Virus record (IMG/VR): IMGVR_UViG_3300030329_001268
Coordinates: 1-55,698 of that record
DNA: 55,698 bases
DNA from: a virus
Taxonomy: Duplodnaviria; Caudoviricetes
Reading direction: 5' to 3' (one strand)
Positions within the stretch are counted from its first letter, which is position 1, and each line of letters begins with the position of its first letter. Position numbers and translations under genes: made by a program. A model generated the notes under the pieces. It saw nothing but the letters and a program-made list of their open reading frames with translations. It was not told where the DNA came from and ran no database searches. This document shows, piece after piece, positions 26,717-36,339 of the stretch.

Positions 26717-27003
26717 TGAATGGTAAAAAAGCAAAGAGACTTCGTAAGAGAGCCAAGGAACTTCTTGTAGAATGGTTGTATTCTATTATACCTGAAGACC
26801 AAGCAACAGAAGAAATAACTACAGCAAATATAGAACAATATTTGTCTAAGCAAACACACGTATATTTACAGCGTAAGTTTTTGTTGAGTGCTTTTAGTGT
26901 TCGTTGGATGTATAAGAGAGTAAAAAGAAATCCAAGTTTAACATTGGAACAATTAAATAAAGATTTAGAAAAAGAAAATACTAAGGTAAATGTATGGAAT
27001 TGA
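26716..27003 (+). CDS. Hypothetical protein
   Basis: MNGKKAKRLR start; TAATG coupling. Confidence 0.7.
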   Translation: MNGKKAKRLRKRAKELLVEWLYSIIPEDQATEEITTANIEQYLSKQTHVYLQRKFLLSAFSVRWMYKRVKRNPSLTLEQLNKDLEKENTKVNVWN

Positions 27004-27164
27004 CACCACTAGAAAAAATAGAGGGTGCTTCTTTAGATGATCTTCTTATAGCAGTAGGTTCTATTCTTTTTGAAGGCACATCAATAAACGAATTTGACAT
27101 AGAATTATTATACCATTTAAAAGTTTTAATAGAACAAGAAATTAAGACAAGGAAAACACACTGA
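26994..27164 (+). CDS. Small hypothetical protein (56 aa)
   Basis: Manual translation MELTPLEKIEGASLDDLLIAVGSILFEGTSINEFDIELLYHLKVLIEQEIKTRKTH. TGATG coupling to the next gene. Confidence 0.6.
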   Translation: MELTPLEKIEGASLDDLLIAVGSILFEGTSINEFDIELLYHLKVLIEQEIKTRKTH

Positions 27165-27592
27165 TGCCAAAAAGAAAACCAAGAAAACGTAGACCAATTG
27201 AAAAAGGATTACCTAAAGGTTACGATTCTAAGTGGGAGTATGACCTACATAAAGAAGAACTACAAAATTGGGAACACCATAAAGGTATCATTGAGTATTC
27301 AATCCCACATAAATATCATCCTGATTTTATTCGTATCTTAGAAGATAAAGTAATATACTTAGAAGCAAAAGGAAGATTTTGGGATTATGCTGAGTATAAT
27401 AAATATAGATGGGTTAAGGAAGTGTTGCCCGATGATTGTGAATTAGTATTCTTATTCTCTAATCCTTCTGCACCTATGCCCGGAGCAAAAAGAAGAAGAG
27501 ATGGAACTAAAAGAAGTCATGCTGAATGGGCTGAATCTTCAGGATTTAAATGGTATAGCAGAGAAAGTCTGCCTGATAAATGGAGAGAGTAA
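27164..27592 (+). CDS. Endonuclease I-like Holliday junction resolvase (T7 gp3-like)
   Basis: YDSKWE, YHPDF, EAKGRF and WAE..GF.W motifs. Confidence 0.85.
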   Translation: MPKRKPRKRRPIEKGLPKGYDSKWEYDLHKEELQNWEHHKGIIEYSIPHKYHPDFIRILEDKVIYLEAKGRFWDYAEYNKYRWVKEVLPDDCELVFLFSNPSAPMPGAKRRRDGTKRSHAEWAESSGFKWYSRESLPDKWRE

Positions 27593-27879
27593 TGGACAAA
27601 GCAATGGAATACGCACATAAAGTAATGGAAAAAGAAATAGAAGAAGACGCAGTTAATCATCCTCCTCATTACAACAATGGCAAGATAGAATGCATTGAAG
27701 CAATTGAAGCAATGCTAACACACGAAGAATTTGTTGGTTATCTAAGAGGCAACTCGTTAAAGTATCGTTGGAGATTTAGATACAAAAATGGGATACAGGA
27801 TTTAGATAAAGCAACATGGTATGAATCAAAACTAAAAAAAGTATTATTAAACAAGGAGCAAAATGAACAAGGAAGTTAG
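27580..27879 (+). CDS. DUF3310 / T7 gp1.7-like nucleotide kinase family protein
   Basis: VNHPPHY....IECIEAI, GNSLKYRWR..YKNG.QDL.KA.WY. Confidence 0.85.
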   Translation: MERVMDKAMEYAHKVMEKEIEEDAVNHPPHYNNGKIECIEAIEAMLTHEEFVGYLRGNSLKYRWRFRYKNGIQDLDKATWYESKLKKVLLNKEQNEQGS

Positions 27880-29785
27880 TCTACCAACTCAGTACCAAGA
27901 GTTTATTCATCTTAGCAGGTACGCAAGATGGAACGAAGAATTAGGAAGAAGAGAAACCTGGCAAGAGACAGTTGCTAGGTACTTCGACTTTATGCAAGAA
28001 CATTTAAAATGGAATCACAAAACAGATATTTCTTCTGTTCGACCATTATTAGAAAGTGCTGTCCTTAACTTAGATATTATGCCAAGCATGAGAGCATTAA
28101 TGTCAGCAGGTAAAGCATTAGCAAGAGACAATGTTGCAGGTTTTAATTGTAGTTATGTTGCTGTTGATCATCCAAGGGCCTTTGATGAAACACTTTACAT
28201 CCTTATGTGCGGTACAGGTGTTGGCTTTAGTGTTGAGCGACAGTACATAAATAAACTTCCTGATCTACCTGAGAATTTATATAAAACAGACACAGTTATA
28301 AAAGTTGCTGACTCAAAGATTGGATGGGCTAAAGCGTATAAAGAATTACTTTCTTTACTTTACTCAGGACAAATACCTGAATGGGACCTTAGTAATGTTC
28401 GACCACAAGGAGCAAGACTTAAAACTTTTGGTGGTCGTGCTAGTGGTCCTGCCCCTTTAGATGATCTTATGCACTTTACAGTTAACATATTTACAGATGC
28501 TATTTCTAAAGGACAAAATAAATTAGTCTCAATTGACTGTCATGATTTGATGTGTAAGATCGCAGAAGTTGTTGTGGTGGGTGGTGTTAGACGTAGCGCT
28601 TTGATCTCACTCAGCAACCTCTCAGATGAGCGTATGCGAAATGCTAAGTCAGGTTCCTGGTGGGAACAAAATCAACACAGAGCATTGTCTAATAATTCCG
28701 TAGCCTACACAGATTCAGCAGAGATGGGAGCATTCATGAAAGAGTGGTTATCTTTATACGAATCTAAAAGCGGTGAGCGTGGTATCTTTAATCGTCAAGC
28801 GGCTGAAGAACAAGCTGCTAAGAATGGTAGACGAGAAGAGTACAAAGACTTCGGATGTAATCCTTGTAGTGAAATCATATTAAGAAATAAACAGTTCTGT
28901 AATCTAACAGAAGTTGTTGTTAGACCTGATGACACTTGGAAGAAACTTGAAAACAAAGTTAAGTTAGCAACAATTCTTGGCACGTTTCAAGCAACGTTAA
29001 CAGACTTTAGATACTTGACAAAATCTTGGAAAGATAACACAGAAGAAGAAGCATTGCTTGGTGTATCTCTTACTGGTATCATGGACAATTTAAAAATGAT
29101 TTCAGGATCTACTCTTCCCGGAAACTTAAACAAACTTAAAGAAACTGCTGTTGATACTAACAAATCCTGGGCTAAGAAACTAAAGATTAAACAATCTACA
29201 GCAATTACTTGTGTCAAACCTAGTGGAACTGTTAGTCAATTAGTAGATAGCGCTAGTGGTATTCATACAAGACATAGTGAATATTATATAAGGACAGTAA
29301 GAGCAGACAAGAAAGATCCATTAGCACAGTTAATGGTAGACCAAGGAGTATATCATGAAGATGATATTACTAAGCCCGACCATACTCTTGTCTTTTATTT
29401 TCCAGTCAAGTCTCCAAAAAATTCTATAACAAGATTAGATCTTAGTGCAATAGAGCATTTAGAAATTTGGAAAACTTATCAAGATAATTGGTGTGAACAC
29501 AAACCATCAGCCACAATTTCTGTAAGAGAAACCGAATGGTTAAAGGTTGGCGCATGGGTATGGGATAACTTTGATCGTATATCAGGTGTTTCGTTCTTGC
29601 CTTATGCAGATCACTCTTATCAACAAGCACCTTATCAAGAGATAACCGCAAAAGAATATAAACAATGGTTAAAGAAAACTACAGACACTGTAGATTGGAC
29701 ATTGCTTTCTGAATATGAAAAAGAAGACATGACTGAAAACACTAAAGAACTTGCATGTACAGCAGGGGCCTGTGAAATCTTATGA
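27863..29785 (+). CDS. nrdJ: Class II (B12-dependent) ribonucleotide reductase
   Basis: MPSMR, FNCS, GGVRRSA, NPCSEI, CVKPSGT, EHKPS and C-terminal CTAGAC. No beta-subunit gene present. Confidence 0.9.
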   Translation: MNKEVSLPTQYQEFIHLSRYARWNEELGRRETWQETVARYFDFMQEHLKWNHKTDISSVRPLLESAVLNLDIMPSMRALMSAGKALARDNVAGFNCSYVAVDHPRAFDETLYILMCGTGVGFSVERQYINKLPDLPENLYKTDTVIKVADSKIGWAKAYKELLSLLYSGQIPEWDLSNVRPQGARLKTFGGRASGPAPLDDLMHFTVNIFTDAISKGQNKLVSIDCHDLMCKIAEVVVVGGVRRSALISLSNLSDERMRNAKSGSWWEQNQHRALSNNSVAYTDSAEMGAFMKEWLSLYESKSGERGIFNRQAAEEQAAKNGRREEYKDFGCNPCSEIILRNKQFCNLTEVVVRPDDTWKKLENKVKLATILGTFQATLTDFRYLTKSWKDNTEEEALLGVSLTGIMDNLKMISGSTLPGNLNKLKETAVDTNKSWAKKLKIKQSTAITCVKPSGTVSQLVDSASGIHTRHSEYYIRTVRADKKDPLAQLMVDQGVYHEDDITKPDHTLVFYFPVKSPKNSITRLDLSAIEHLEIWKTYQDNWCEHKPSATISVRETEWLKVGAWVWDNFDRISGVSFLPYADHSYQQAPYQEITAKEYKQWLKKTTDTVDWTLLSEYEKEDMTENTKELACTAGACEIL

Positions 29786-30015
29786 GAAGTAAAAAGAAAG
29801 AAGCAGTTCTATTATCTTTTAAAGTTGTATTAGATACTAAAGGAGTTCTTTGGACTGAAGTTGGAGGACTTCCAAATAAAGAAGTAAGAAACTGTTTTAA
29901 AAATAAAGAAGATGCTTATATGATAGACAAGTTAATTTCAGAAGGGAAAATAAAACTTAATGGACTTAATAAATATTTATCAGATGAACTTACAGCGATA
30001 ACTTATGCAGATTGA
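29782..30015 (+). CDS. Hypothetical protein
   Basis: 77 aa, overlapping both neighbours. Confidence 0.7.
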   Translation: MRSKKKEAVLLSFKVVLDTKGVLWTEVGGLPNKEVRNCFKNKEDAYMIDKLISEGKIKLNGLNKYLSDELTAITYAD

Positions 30016-30745
30016 CTTTAGTGATTTAATCCATCCCTTGTCTGTTGACGAATTCATGACTGAATATAAAGACAGACAGCCTCTTATTGTTAAAGCAAAT
30101 GATTTGCGAAGAGACATAATGAGCCAAATAATAACATGGGAAAAGTTTTCTGATTACATACATAATGATAGAGCAGTATCAGGATTTCAAATTATAACTC
30201 CTAAAGGTAAACTATGCATGGAAAAGAATAATGCATTTAAAGGAAGGAAACCTAGTTGGTCAAAGATAGATTACTTTGATAAGAAATATGCGCATGATCT
30301 GTGGAACCAGGGATGTAGTATTATTCTTACTAAGGCATCTTTAATAAGTCCTGCCATGTCTGCATTATCAGGCGCTGTTGAAAGACAATTTGAAGGTAGT
30401 GCAGCTGACGCACATCTGTATTGTTCGCCAATTAAGAATGCTTTAACATTTCCTTGCCATCGAGATACTGACAATAACTTTTTAGTACATGCTATAGGAA
30501 AAGTGAGATGGAAAGTTTATGATGTTTTTGCAGGAAAAGAGTCTTATGCTAACTTAACATTGAAGCATGAAGAAAAAATGAAATTAAAATACGATGAAGT
30601 ATTAACAGTTGGAGATTTATTATATATCCCTACTGGACTTTATCATAAAGCAATTCCTCAAGGAGCAAGAGTATCTGTCTCTATTCCTTTAGGAGAAGGA
30701 AATAAAAAAAGATTAGATCGGAGATATTATGATTTCACCCCCTAA
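30005..30745 (+). CDS. JmjC/cupin 2OG-Fe(II) oxygenase (ROX-like)
   Basis: F..EY....PL, HRD, G...WKVY and L..GDLLYIP.G.YH motifs. Confidence 0.8.
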   Translation: MQIDFSDLIHPLSVDEFMTEYKDRQPLIVKANDLRRDIMSQIITWEKFSDYIHNDRAVSGFQIITPKGKLCMEKNNAFKGRKPSWSKIDYFDKKYAHDLWNQGCSIILTKASLISPAMSALSGAVERQFEGSAADAHLYCSPIKNALTFPCHRDTDNNFLVHAIGKVRWKVYDVFAGKESYANLTLKHEEKMKLKYDEVLTVGDLLYIPTGLYHKAIPQGARVSVSIPLGEGNKKRLDRRYYDFTP

Positions 30746-30875
30746 GAAAAGTGACGATGCTAAAATCGTAGACATACTAGGATACTTTTGGTCTTTACCT
30801 ATTGAAGATCAAAAGCAAATCTTAGATATTTTAAATAAAGGAATGCAGGACAGACAAAAGGAAAATAAAAAATGA
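30729..30875 (+). CDS. Small hypothetical protein (48 aa)
   Basis: Manual translation MISPPKKSDDAKIVDILGYFWSLPIEDQKQILDILNKGMQDRQKENKK. GGAG RBS; ATGA coupling. Confidence 0.55.
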   Translation: MISPPKKSDDAKIVDILGYFWSLPIEDQKQILDILNKGMQDRQKENKK

Positions 30876-31564
30876 AAATTTTTATAGGTTATGACTCATA
30901 TTATCCTGAAGTTTACGAAGTTTGTAAACGTTCTATTCAAGACATGTCTGTTGAAGAACATGAGATTATTCCTTTAGTAAAGAAAGATTTAATAGACAGA
31001 GAGTTGTATTACAGAGAGCCACAAGGAGAATCTACTGAGTTTGCCTTTACTCGTTTCCTTGTTCCTCACCTTTGTAACTTTGAAGGTCACGCTTTATTTT
31101 GTGATGTAGATTTTCTTTGGAAATGTGATCCTATAGAAATTGCTGATTATGTAAGCGTGTGTTGTAATGCTGAAGAACATTCAATACATGTAGTAAAACA
31201 CCCACAATTAGTTACTCGCCCTCATGGTAAAATGATGGACAAAACCAACAGACCTTACGATAAAAAATATTGGTCAAGTCTTATGTATTTTAATAATGAA
31301 AAATGTAAAAGATTAAATATAGATTATGTCAGCACAACAGAAGCAGGAAACTTACATGGTTTTAAATGGCTAGATAGCGATGATCAAATAGGGGAACTTC
31401 CTGTTGCATATAATATGTTAGTTGGATATTACAACTTTAAAGACTTACCTTATACTAGACTACCTAAAGCAATTCACTTTACAGATGGTGGGCCATGGTT
31501 ACATCAATACCGAGATGTGGATTACGCAAAAGAATGGATACGGACAAGAAACAAAATAAAATAA
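30872..31564 (+). CDS. GT-A glycosyltransferase (GT8-like)
   Basis: IFIGYD, STEFAFTRFLVP, DxD motif (DVD), WSSLMYFN, YN.LVG and HFTDGGPW. Confidence 0.85.
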   Translation: MKIFIGYDSYYPEVYEVCKRSIQDMSVEEHEIIPLVKKDLIDRELYYREPQGESTEFAFTRFLVPHLCNFEGHALFCDVDFLWKCDPIEIADYVSVCCNAEEHSIHVVKHPQLVTRPHGKMMDKTNRPYDKKYWSSLMYFNNEKCKRLNIDYVSTTEAGNLHGFKWLDSDDQIGELPVAYNMLVGYYNFKDLPYTRLPKAIHFTDGGPWLHQYRDVDYAKEWIRTRNKIK

Positions 31565-32433
31565 GTTTTCTTAAACATAGAAAGTTTCAAGAAGATAAAC
31601 ACTTTAATGCTATATCTGAAAAAGATTTAAGCCCATTAGATTCTATACTTACTGTAGAAATAAATACTACAGAACTGTGCAATCGTACTTGTGTGTTCTG
31701 TCCTCGACACGATCCAAAAGTATTTCCAAATAGAAATCTACACATGACAACTAAAGGCGCAGAACATATTGCGAAAGAATTAGGAAAGAATAATTATAAA
31801 GGAAAAATTTCTTTTAGTGGCTTTGGAGAAAACTTTCTTAATCCTAAATTTGACAGGATTGTTTTTAGGTTTAGATTATATGTGCCTAATGCTACTCTTG
31901 AATGCAATACTAACGGAGATAAACTAACTAAAGAATATGCAAAGAAGTTGTTTGATGCAGGATTAGATTTGTTATATATAAATCTATATGATGGTATAGA
32001 ACAGATGGAATACTTTGATGATATAATGCAGTCTGCTATGATTCCTTCGTCTAAATATAAATATCGTATGCATTACAACGAAGAAGACTATGGTTTATTT
32101 TTAAATAATCGTGGTGGAAATATTGATTGGATAGGAATAGATGAGTCCGATGTCAAGTCTTTATATGGGAAAGTTTGTTACTATCCTTTTTATAAAATGT
32201 TTGTAGACTGGAATGGGGATGTCTTATTTTGTTCTAATGATTGGGGAAGAGAACATATTATAGGAAACCTACAACAACAGACATTAGAAGAAGTATGGTT
32301 TAGTAAGCCCATGAAAAAAATTAGAAATAAATTAGCCAGGGGAAACAGGTCGCATTCACCTTGTAATAAATGCAGTGTAAACGGAACGTTGTTTGGTGAA
32401 AGATCTTTTAAATTATTGACAGGTGATAGATGA
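31534..32433 (+). CDS. Radical SAM protein with a SPASM/twitch domain
   Basis: CNRTCVFC, SGFGE, NTNG, and C-terminal CYYPF...GDV..C..D...C..C. Confidence 0.9.
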   Translation: MDTDKKQNKISFLKHRKFQEDKHFNAISEKDLSPLDSILTVEINTTELCNRTCVFCPRHDPKVFPNRNLHMTTKGAEHIAKELGKNNYKGKISFSGFGENFLNPKFDRIVFRFRLYVPNATLECNTNGDKLTKEYAKKLFDAGLDLLYINLYDGIEQMEYFDDIMQSAMIPSSKYKYRMHYNEEDYGLFLNNRGGNIDWIGIDESDVKSLYGKVCYYPFYKMFVDWNGDVLFCSNDWGREHIIGNLQQQTLEEVWFSKPMKKIRNKLARGNRSHSPCNKCSVNGTLFGERSFKLLTGDR

Positions 32434-33038
32434 AAAAAGAAGTATTACCGATGTATATAACAGGAAGATATGGTCTTGCAGTTTATCTAGGAGAATATTT
32501 TAATGCTATAACAAACCCTAGTGCAAGAGCCTATGGTGGTTTTGGTGATGGTACAAAAACTGCCGAAGAAATGCTTTTAGATAGTGGTCGTAATGTACAT
32601 GGAGAACTTTGGGGATGTGCTTCGACTTGTGATATTTTAATTAATTGTGAACACGATGGGTTTAATCAAATAAAATTGTTCGATGCTTTCTTTAATTATT
32701 GGAAATATAAACCTGAGAAACATATTATAAATATATCTTCAAGAGCCGCACAGCCTAACATTTCTAAAGGTTATCTCTATGCATCACAAAAGGCAGCTCT
32801 TAACCATTACACAAATAATGTAGTTTATAATTCTGATAAGGCTTGTAAGGTTACTACACTTAACTTGGGTTTAATGAAACACAAAACACTTCCTAGTATT
32901 TCTTACGAAGATGTAGCCGAAACGATTAAATGGATACTATATCATAAGCAAGAGATACCTGAGATAACATTACAACACCCTGCTAATTATCAAGAAATTC
33001 AAAATGAAAAAAAACTTAATAAACTTAACAGAGAATAA
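32430..33038 (+). CDS. Short-chain dehydrogenase/reductase-like protein
   Basis: ITG..GL, DILIN, IINISS and YxxxK (YASQK). Confidence 0.7.
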   Translation: MKKEVLPMYITGRYGLAVYLGEYFNAITNPSARAYGGFGDGTKTAEEMLLDSGRNVHGELWGCASTCDILINCEHDGFNQIKLFDAFFNYWKYKPEKHIINISSRAAQPNISKGYLYASQKAALNHYTNNVVYNSDKACKVTTLNLGLMKHKTLPSISYEDVAETIKWILYHKQEIPEITLQHPANYQEIQNEKKLNKLNRE

Positions 33039-33714
33039 AGACGTTATATTAGTAGGCAACTCAGTTGAAATATTACATTATAACAACGGGCCACTTATTG
33101 ATTCTTACGATACTGTTGTTAGATTTGGTAAAGGTTTTCCAACCCCTTCTATAGAACATGCGATAGGAAAACGTACAGATATTTGGCAGACTGGAATACT
33201 ACGAAGGCATATGGTTAATAAGTTTCCTGATGCTCAAGTCAGCCTCTTTAATAGAAGTAGAATTTATTTAGATAAAGAAATATTAAAAGAAAAACTTCCT
33301 AACTATACAACTATTAATATGTATACGGATGTTGAACTATATAAAATATATGAAGAGTTTGGATTCACAGATCCTGGTAAGTATTCACCTAGACCTTCAC
33401 AAGGTTTTATCGCCTTACTTTTTTTCACAAGAAAAATACCTACTTATAAAAGCCTTACCCTAATAGGCTTTGATTTTTTTGCTAAAAGATATGAGGATAA
33501 AGTAGGATCAGGCAGACCTTACAGTTGGCACAAGCCTCTTTTAGAAACCCCTAAAGAAAGAGATAATCCTCATTTAGTTTCTACAGAAAGAAACCATGCT
33601 CTTCAATTAGAAAAAGAAGGCAAGATTAAATGGATTAAACTATCTGACTTTAAAGAAGAAGACTTATCTATTCCTTCTTTTGCCCAGGATATAAACAGGC
33701 ACAGCCACAATTAA
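33004..33714 (+). CDS. GT29 (sialyltransferase-like) glycosyltransferase
   Basis: Sialylmotif-like VILVGNS..IDSYDTVVRF..G.RTD, PSQG, LIGFDF and H....E. Confidence 0.7.
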   Translation: MKKNLINLTENKDVILVGNSVEILHYNNGPLIDSYDTVVRFGKGFPTPSIEHAIGKRTDIWQTGILRRHMVNKFPDAQVSLFNRSRIYLDKEILKEKLPNYTTINMYTDVELYKIYEEFGFTDPGKYSPRPSQGFIALLFFTRKIPTYKSLTLIGFDFFAKRYEDKVGSGRPYSWHKPLLETPKERDNPHLVSTERNHALQLEKEGKIKWIKLSDFKEEDLSIPSFAQDINRHSHN

Positions 33715-34094
33715 TTTGCTAGTGGATTATCACTCTTAATTTTTTCTTCAAGATTATCTAACTCTGATTTTAAAACTGCAATGTCTCCTCGCAGTCCTGA
33801 AACATCTATAGTTTCATGTGTGTGAGTTTTTAATACTGCAACATCTTGTTCAATTGTTCCTATATCAGGAATATCTAAAGCCTTTAATTGCTCATCAATG
33901 GCTACCATTCTTTTGTCTAATTCTGCCATTCTGTCTGCCATTCCATCTACAGCAGTTATGTAATCATTCGTTGCACTTTCTATATTATCGATCCTGTTAA
34001 TTGTTTGAGCGCCTTCATAGCCGAAACCTGCTAATGTTCCTGCTACTGTAACTCCTGCAATTATTTGTCCAAGTCTATTATTTAACCATTCCAT
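33711..34094 (-). CDS. Membrane-anchored coiled-coil protein
   Basis: N-terminal hydrophobic segment followed by heptads; GGAGG RBS; ends NPLAN. Confidence 0.75.
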   Translation of the reverse strand: MEWLNNRLGQIIAGVTVAGTLAGFGYEGAQTINRIDNIESATNDYITAVDGMADRMAELDKRMVAIDEQLKALDIPDIGTIEQDVAVLKTHTHETIDVSGLRGDIAVLKSELDNLEEKIKSDNPLAN

Positions 34095-36339
34095 GATTTC
34101 CTCCGTCTAAGTTTGGTTGTAAGTTTCTCATTTGTGTTAATGTGTTTATTGATGCAGAAGCCAAGCCATAAAAACCTACAGTATTGTCAGGTAAAACTGC
34201 ATTAGCATACATTGTTTTTGGCTCATACCATGTAGGCTGTGGAGGCATTGACGCATTTCTATACGCATCAAAACCTTCCACATAGCCCATGTATGCAATC
34301 AATTGAGAAGAGTCTGCATACTCTCCTGTTTCTGATTGTTGCTCCTCCATTTCCTGTTGCTGTTGTTTTATATTTTGAGCAACAGTTGTAACCTCTTGTT
34401 TAGATTCTACTGTTGTAGTTGTTTCTCCCATATCTGTATTGGTTGCAACAGTTGTTTCTATTGTAGCAGTAGTTGTAGAAGTACCTGCTACTGTTGTTGT
34501 TTCTGTATTTGTTTCTGTGGCTGTATTTTCATTGGTTGTTTCTGTTGTGCTTGTTGTAGTGGCAACGGAAGCACTTGAAAAATTCTGACTACTTGTTCCT
34601 GTATTTATGTTTGAAGACATTGTAAGTACTTGCTGTGTCTGTGCAGCAGAGGCGCTGATCTGTGCTGATATTGAAGGGGAACTTGAAAAACTTACAGATC
34701 CTCCTGTTGATGAAGCAACTGTAGCCTGTGTACTTGCAGTATTAGATGTTCCTCCTGATGCCACTGTATTACCAGTAGAATGAACAGAATTACCTGCGGT
34801 TGTTCCGCTCATACTATTTACAGCTGCCAGTACTGTTCCTTTTACAACTTGTAATTGTTTTTCTAATTTATTTTCTTTTTCAGTTTCTTCTTCTATTTCT
34901 TCTTCAATAATTTCTTCTATATCTTCTTCTCTTTCTTCTTCTAATTCTTCTTCAGGTTCTTCTTCTGACATTTCTTCTTCAAACCATTCATCTAATTCTT
35001 CAATACTTTCAAATTCTAAAACTTCTTCTATCTGTTCTTCGCTTATCTCTTCCATTATAAGCATTCTTTCGGCTTCTTGAATTAAAGGCTCATTTACTTG
35101 TACTAAATAATCTACGTCATATTCTTCAAAGTCTGTCAAGAACTCTACAAATTCTTCTTCTGTTATTGGAAGTTCTTCTATAATTTCAGGAAGTTCTTCT
35201 TCTATAATGTATACTAAGTCATCAAAAGGAAGATGTTCTTCAGGCGGATCTAACCATATAAGTTCTTCAGGAATATCATCTATGACTATAGGAAGAAAAG
35301 GATCATCTACATGTTCTTGTGAATAAAACTCTTCGTAGTATTCTTCTACATAAAATTCTTCAGAAAAATATTCAGAAGGATCTTCATAATAATATTCTTC
35401 TTCTATGTAGCCATAGTCATATTCTTCTTCAGCATATCCATAATCAAATTCTTCTTGTTGTACAAAGTAAGCAACAGATTGTTGAGTTGTATAGCCTGGA
35501 CAAAAAGGTGCGTACTGAGGATCAAGATCACATTGCTGATCATCATATGCTTCCCAATATCCTGTACATAGATTACTGTATAAAGGATTTAATGTGCATT
35601 GCTGAACTAAATAAGCCGCTTCATAACCTGCACATTCAGTACTGCTTAAAGGATTAACAGAACAAGCATCATTGTATGTAAGAGATTTGTTTTCTAATAG
35701 AGTATTAAAACTACTATTGTTCCAGTCTTGGTTAACACACGTACTTAAATTTGTTGTGCCTGTATTACATTCATCAAAGAATAAATACTGTTTATAATTG
35801 TTAGAATCTCCTTGTATTCCTATAACAACATCGTGGGTTTTTATATCTAATGCACCATATCTAAATTCTATTTTAGAATTTTGCTCATATAAAAACATTT
35901 CAAAAGTGTTATCAGAATTGCTTCTATTATATTCTCTTAAATCATACCATCCTACTACAAAATAATCTTCAAAAGACTTGGAAAGTATTTTAGATTGGTT
36001 ATCTCTTATAAGATCAGTCCAAAAAGGATAGATGGTATAATTCGTGTCAGGTAAGGGATCAGGAGTATAGTCATTGCAATACGCTGTGGTGAAAGAAAAA
36101 CAACCATTAGTTGATATATATCCTTTGTCATATGTTTGATCAAAAAATTCAAAATCAAATCCTATGTCGACCAAGCCTGATCGACCATCATCACTTATAT
36201 TATATTGAGTTGTACCTGTTTGATTTCTCAGGTCGAGAATACTGGCTGTTCCTGTAGTCCAATCAGTTGCACTTAAATTAAAAGATAATAAAAGAGTTCC
36301 TAATAGTAGACTAAGTTTGGTTTTTAAATTCTCTAACAC
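34078..36339 (-). CDS. Secreted protein with a NIDO-like domain, Cys repeats, and Glu-rich and Ser/Thr-rich regions
   Basis: Signal peptide LSLLLGTLLLSFNLSA. DD......IGFDFEFF..TY...YISTNG, IYPFWTDL and NTFE..LY...IEFRYG motifs. Three C..(N/D)P....C.GY repeats. Confidence 0.7.
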   Translation of the reverse strand: MLENLKTKLSLLLGTLLLSFNLSATDWTTGTASILDLRNQTGTTQYNISDDGRSGLVDIGFDFEFFDQTYDKGYISTNGCFSFTTAYCNDYTPDPLPDTNYTIYPFWTDLIRDNQSKILSKSFEDYFVVGWYDLREYNRSNSDNTFEMFLYEQNSKIEFRYGALDIKTHDVVIGIQGDSNNYKQYLFFDECNTGTTNLSTCVNQDWNNSSFNTLLENKSLTYNDACSVNPLSSTECAGYEAAYLVQQCTLNPLYSNLCTGYWEAYDDQQCDLDPQYAPFCPGYTTQQSVAYFVQQEEFDYGYAEEEYDYGYIEEEYYYEDPSEYFSEEFYVEEYYEEFYSQEHVDDPFLPIVIDDIPEELIWLDPPEEHLPFDDLVYIIEEELPEIIEELPITEEEFVEFLTDFEEYDVDYLVQVNEPLIQEAERMLIMEEISEEQIEEVLEFESIEELDEWFEEEMSEEEPEEELEEEREEDIEEIIEEEIEEETEKENKLEKQLQVVKGTVLAAVNSMSGTTAGNSVHSTGNTVASGGTSNTASTQATVASSTGGSVSFSSSPSISAQISASAAQTQQVLTMSSNINTGTSSQNFSSASVATTTSTTETTNENTATETNTETTTVAGTSTTTATIETTVATNTDMGETTTTVESKQEVTTVAQNIKQQQQEMEEQQSETGEYADSSQLIAYMGYVEGFDAYRNASMPPQPTWYEPKTMYANAVLPDNTVGFYGLASASINTLTQMRNLQPNLDGGNHGMVK

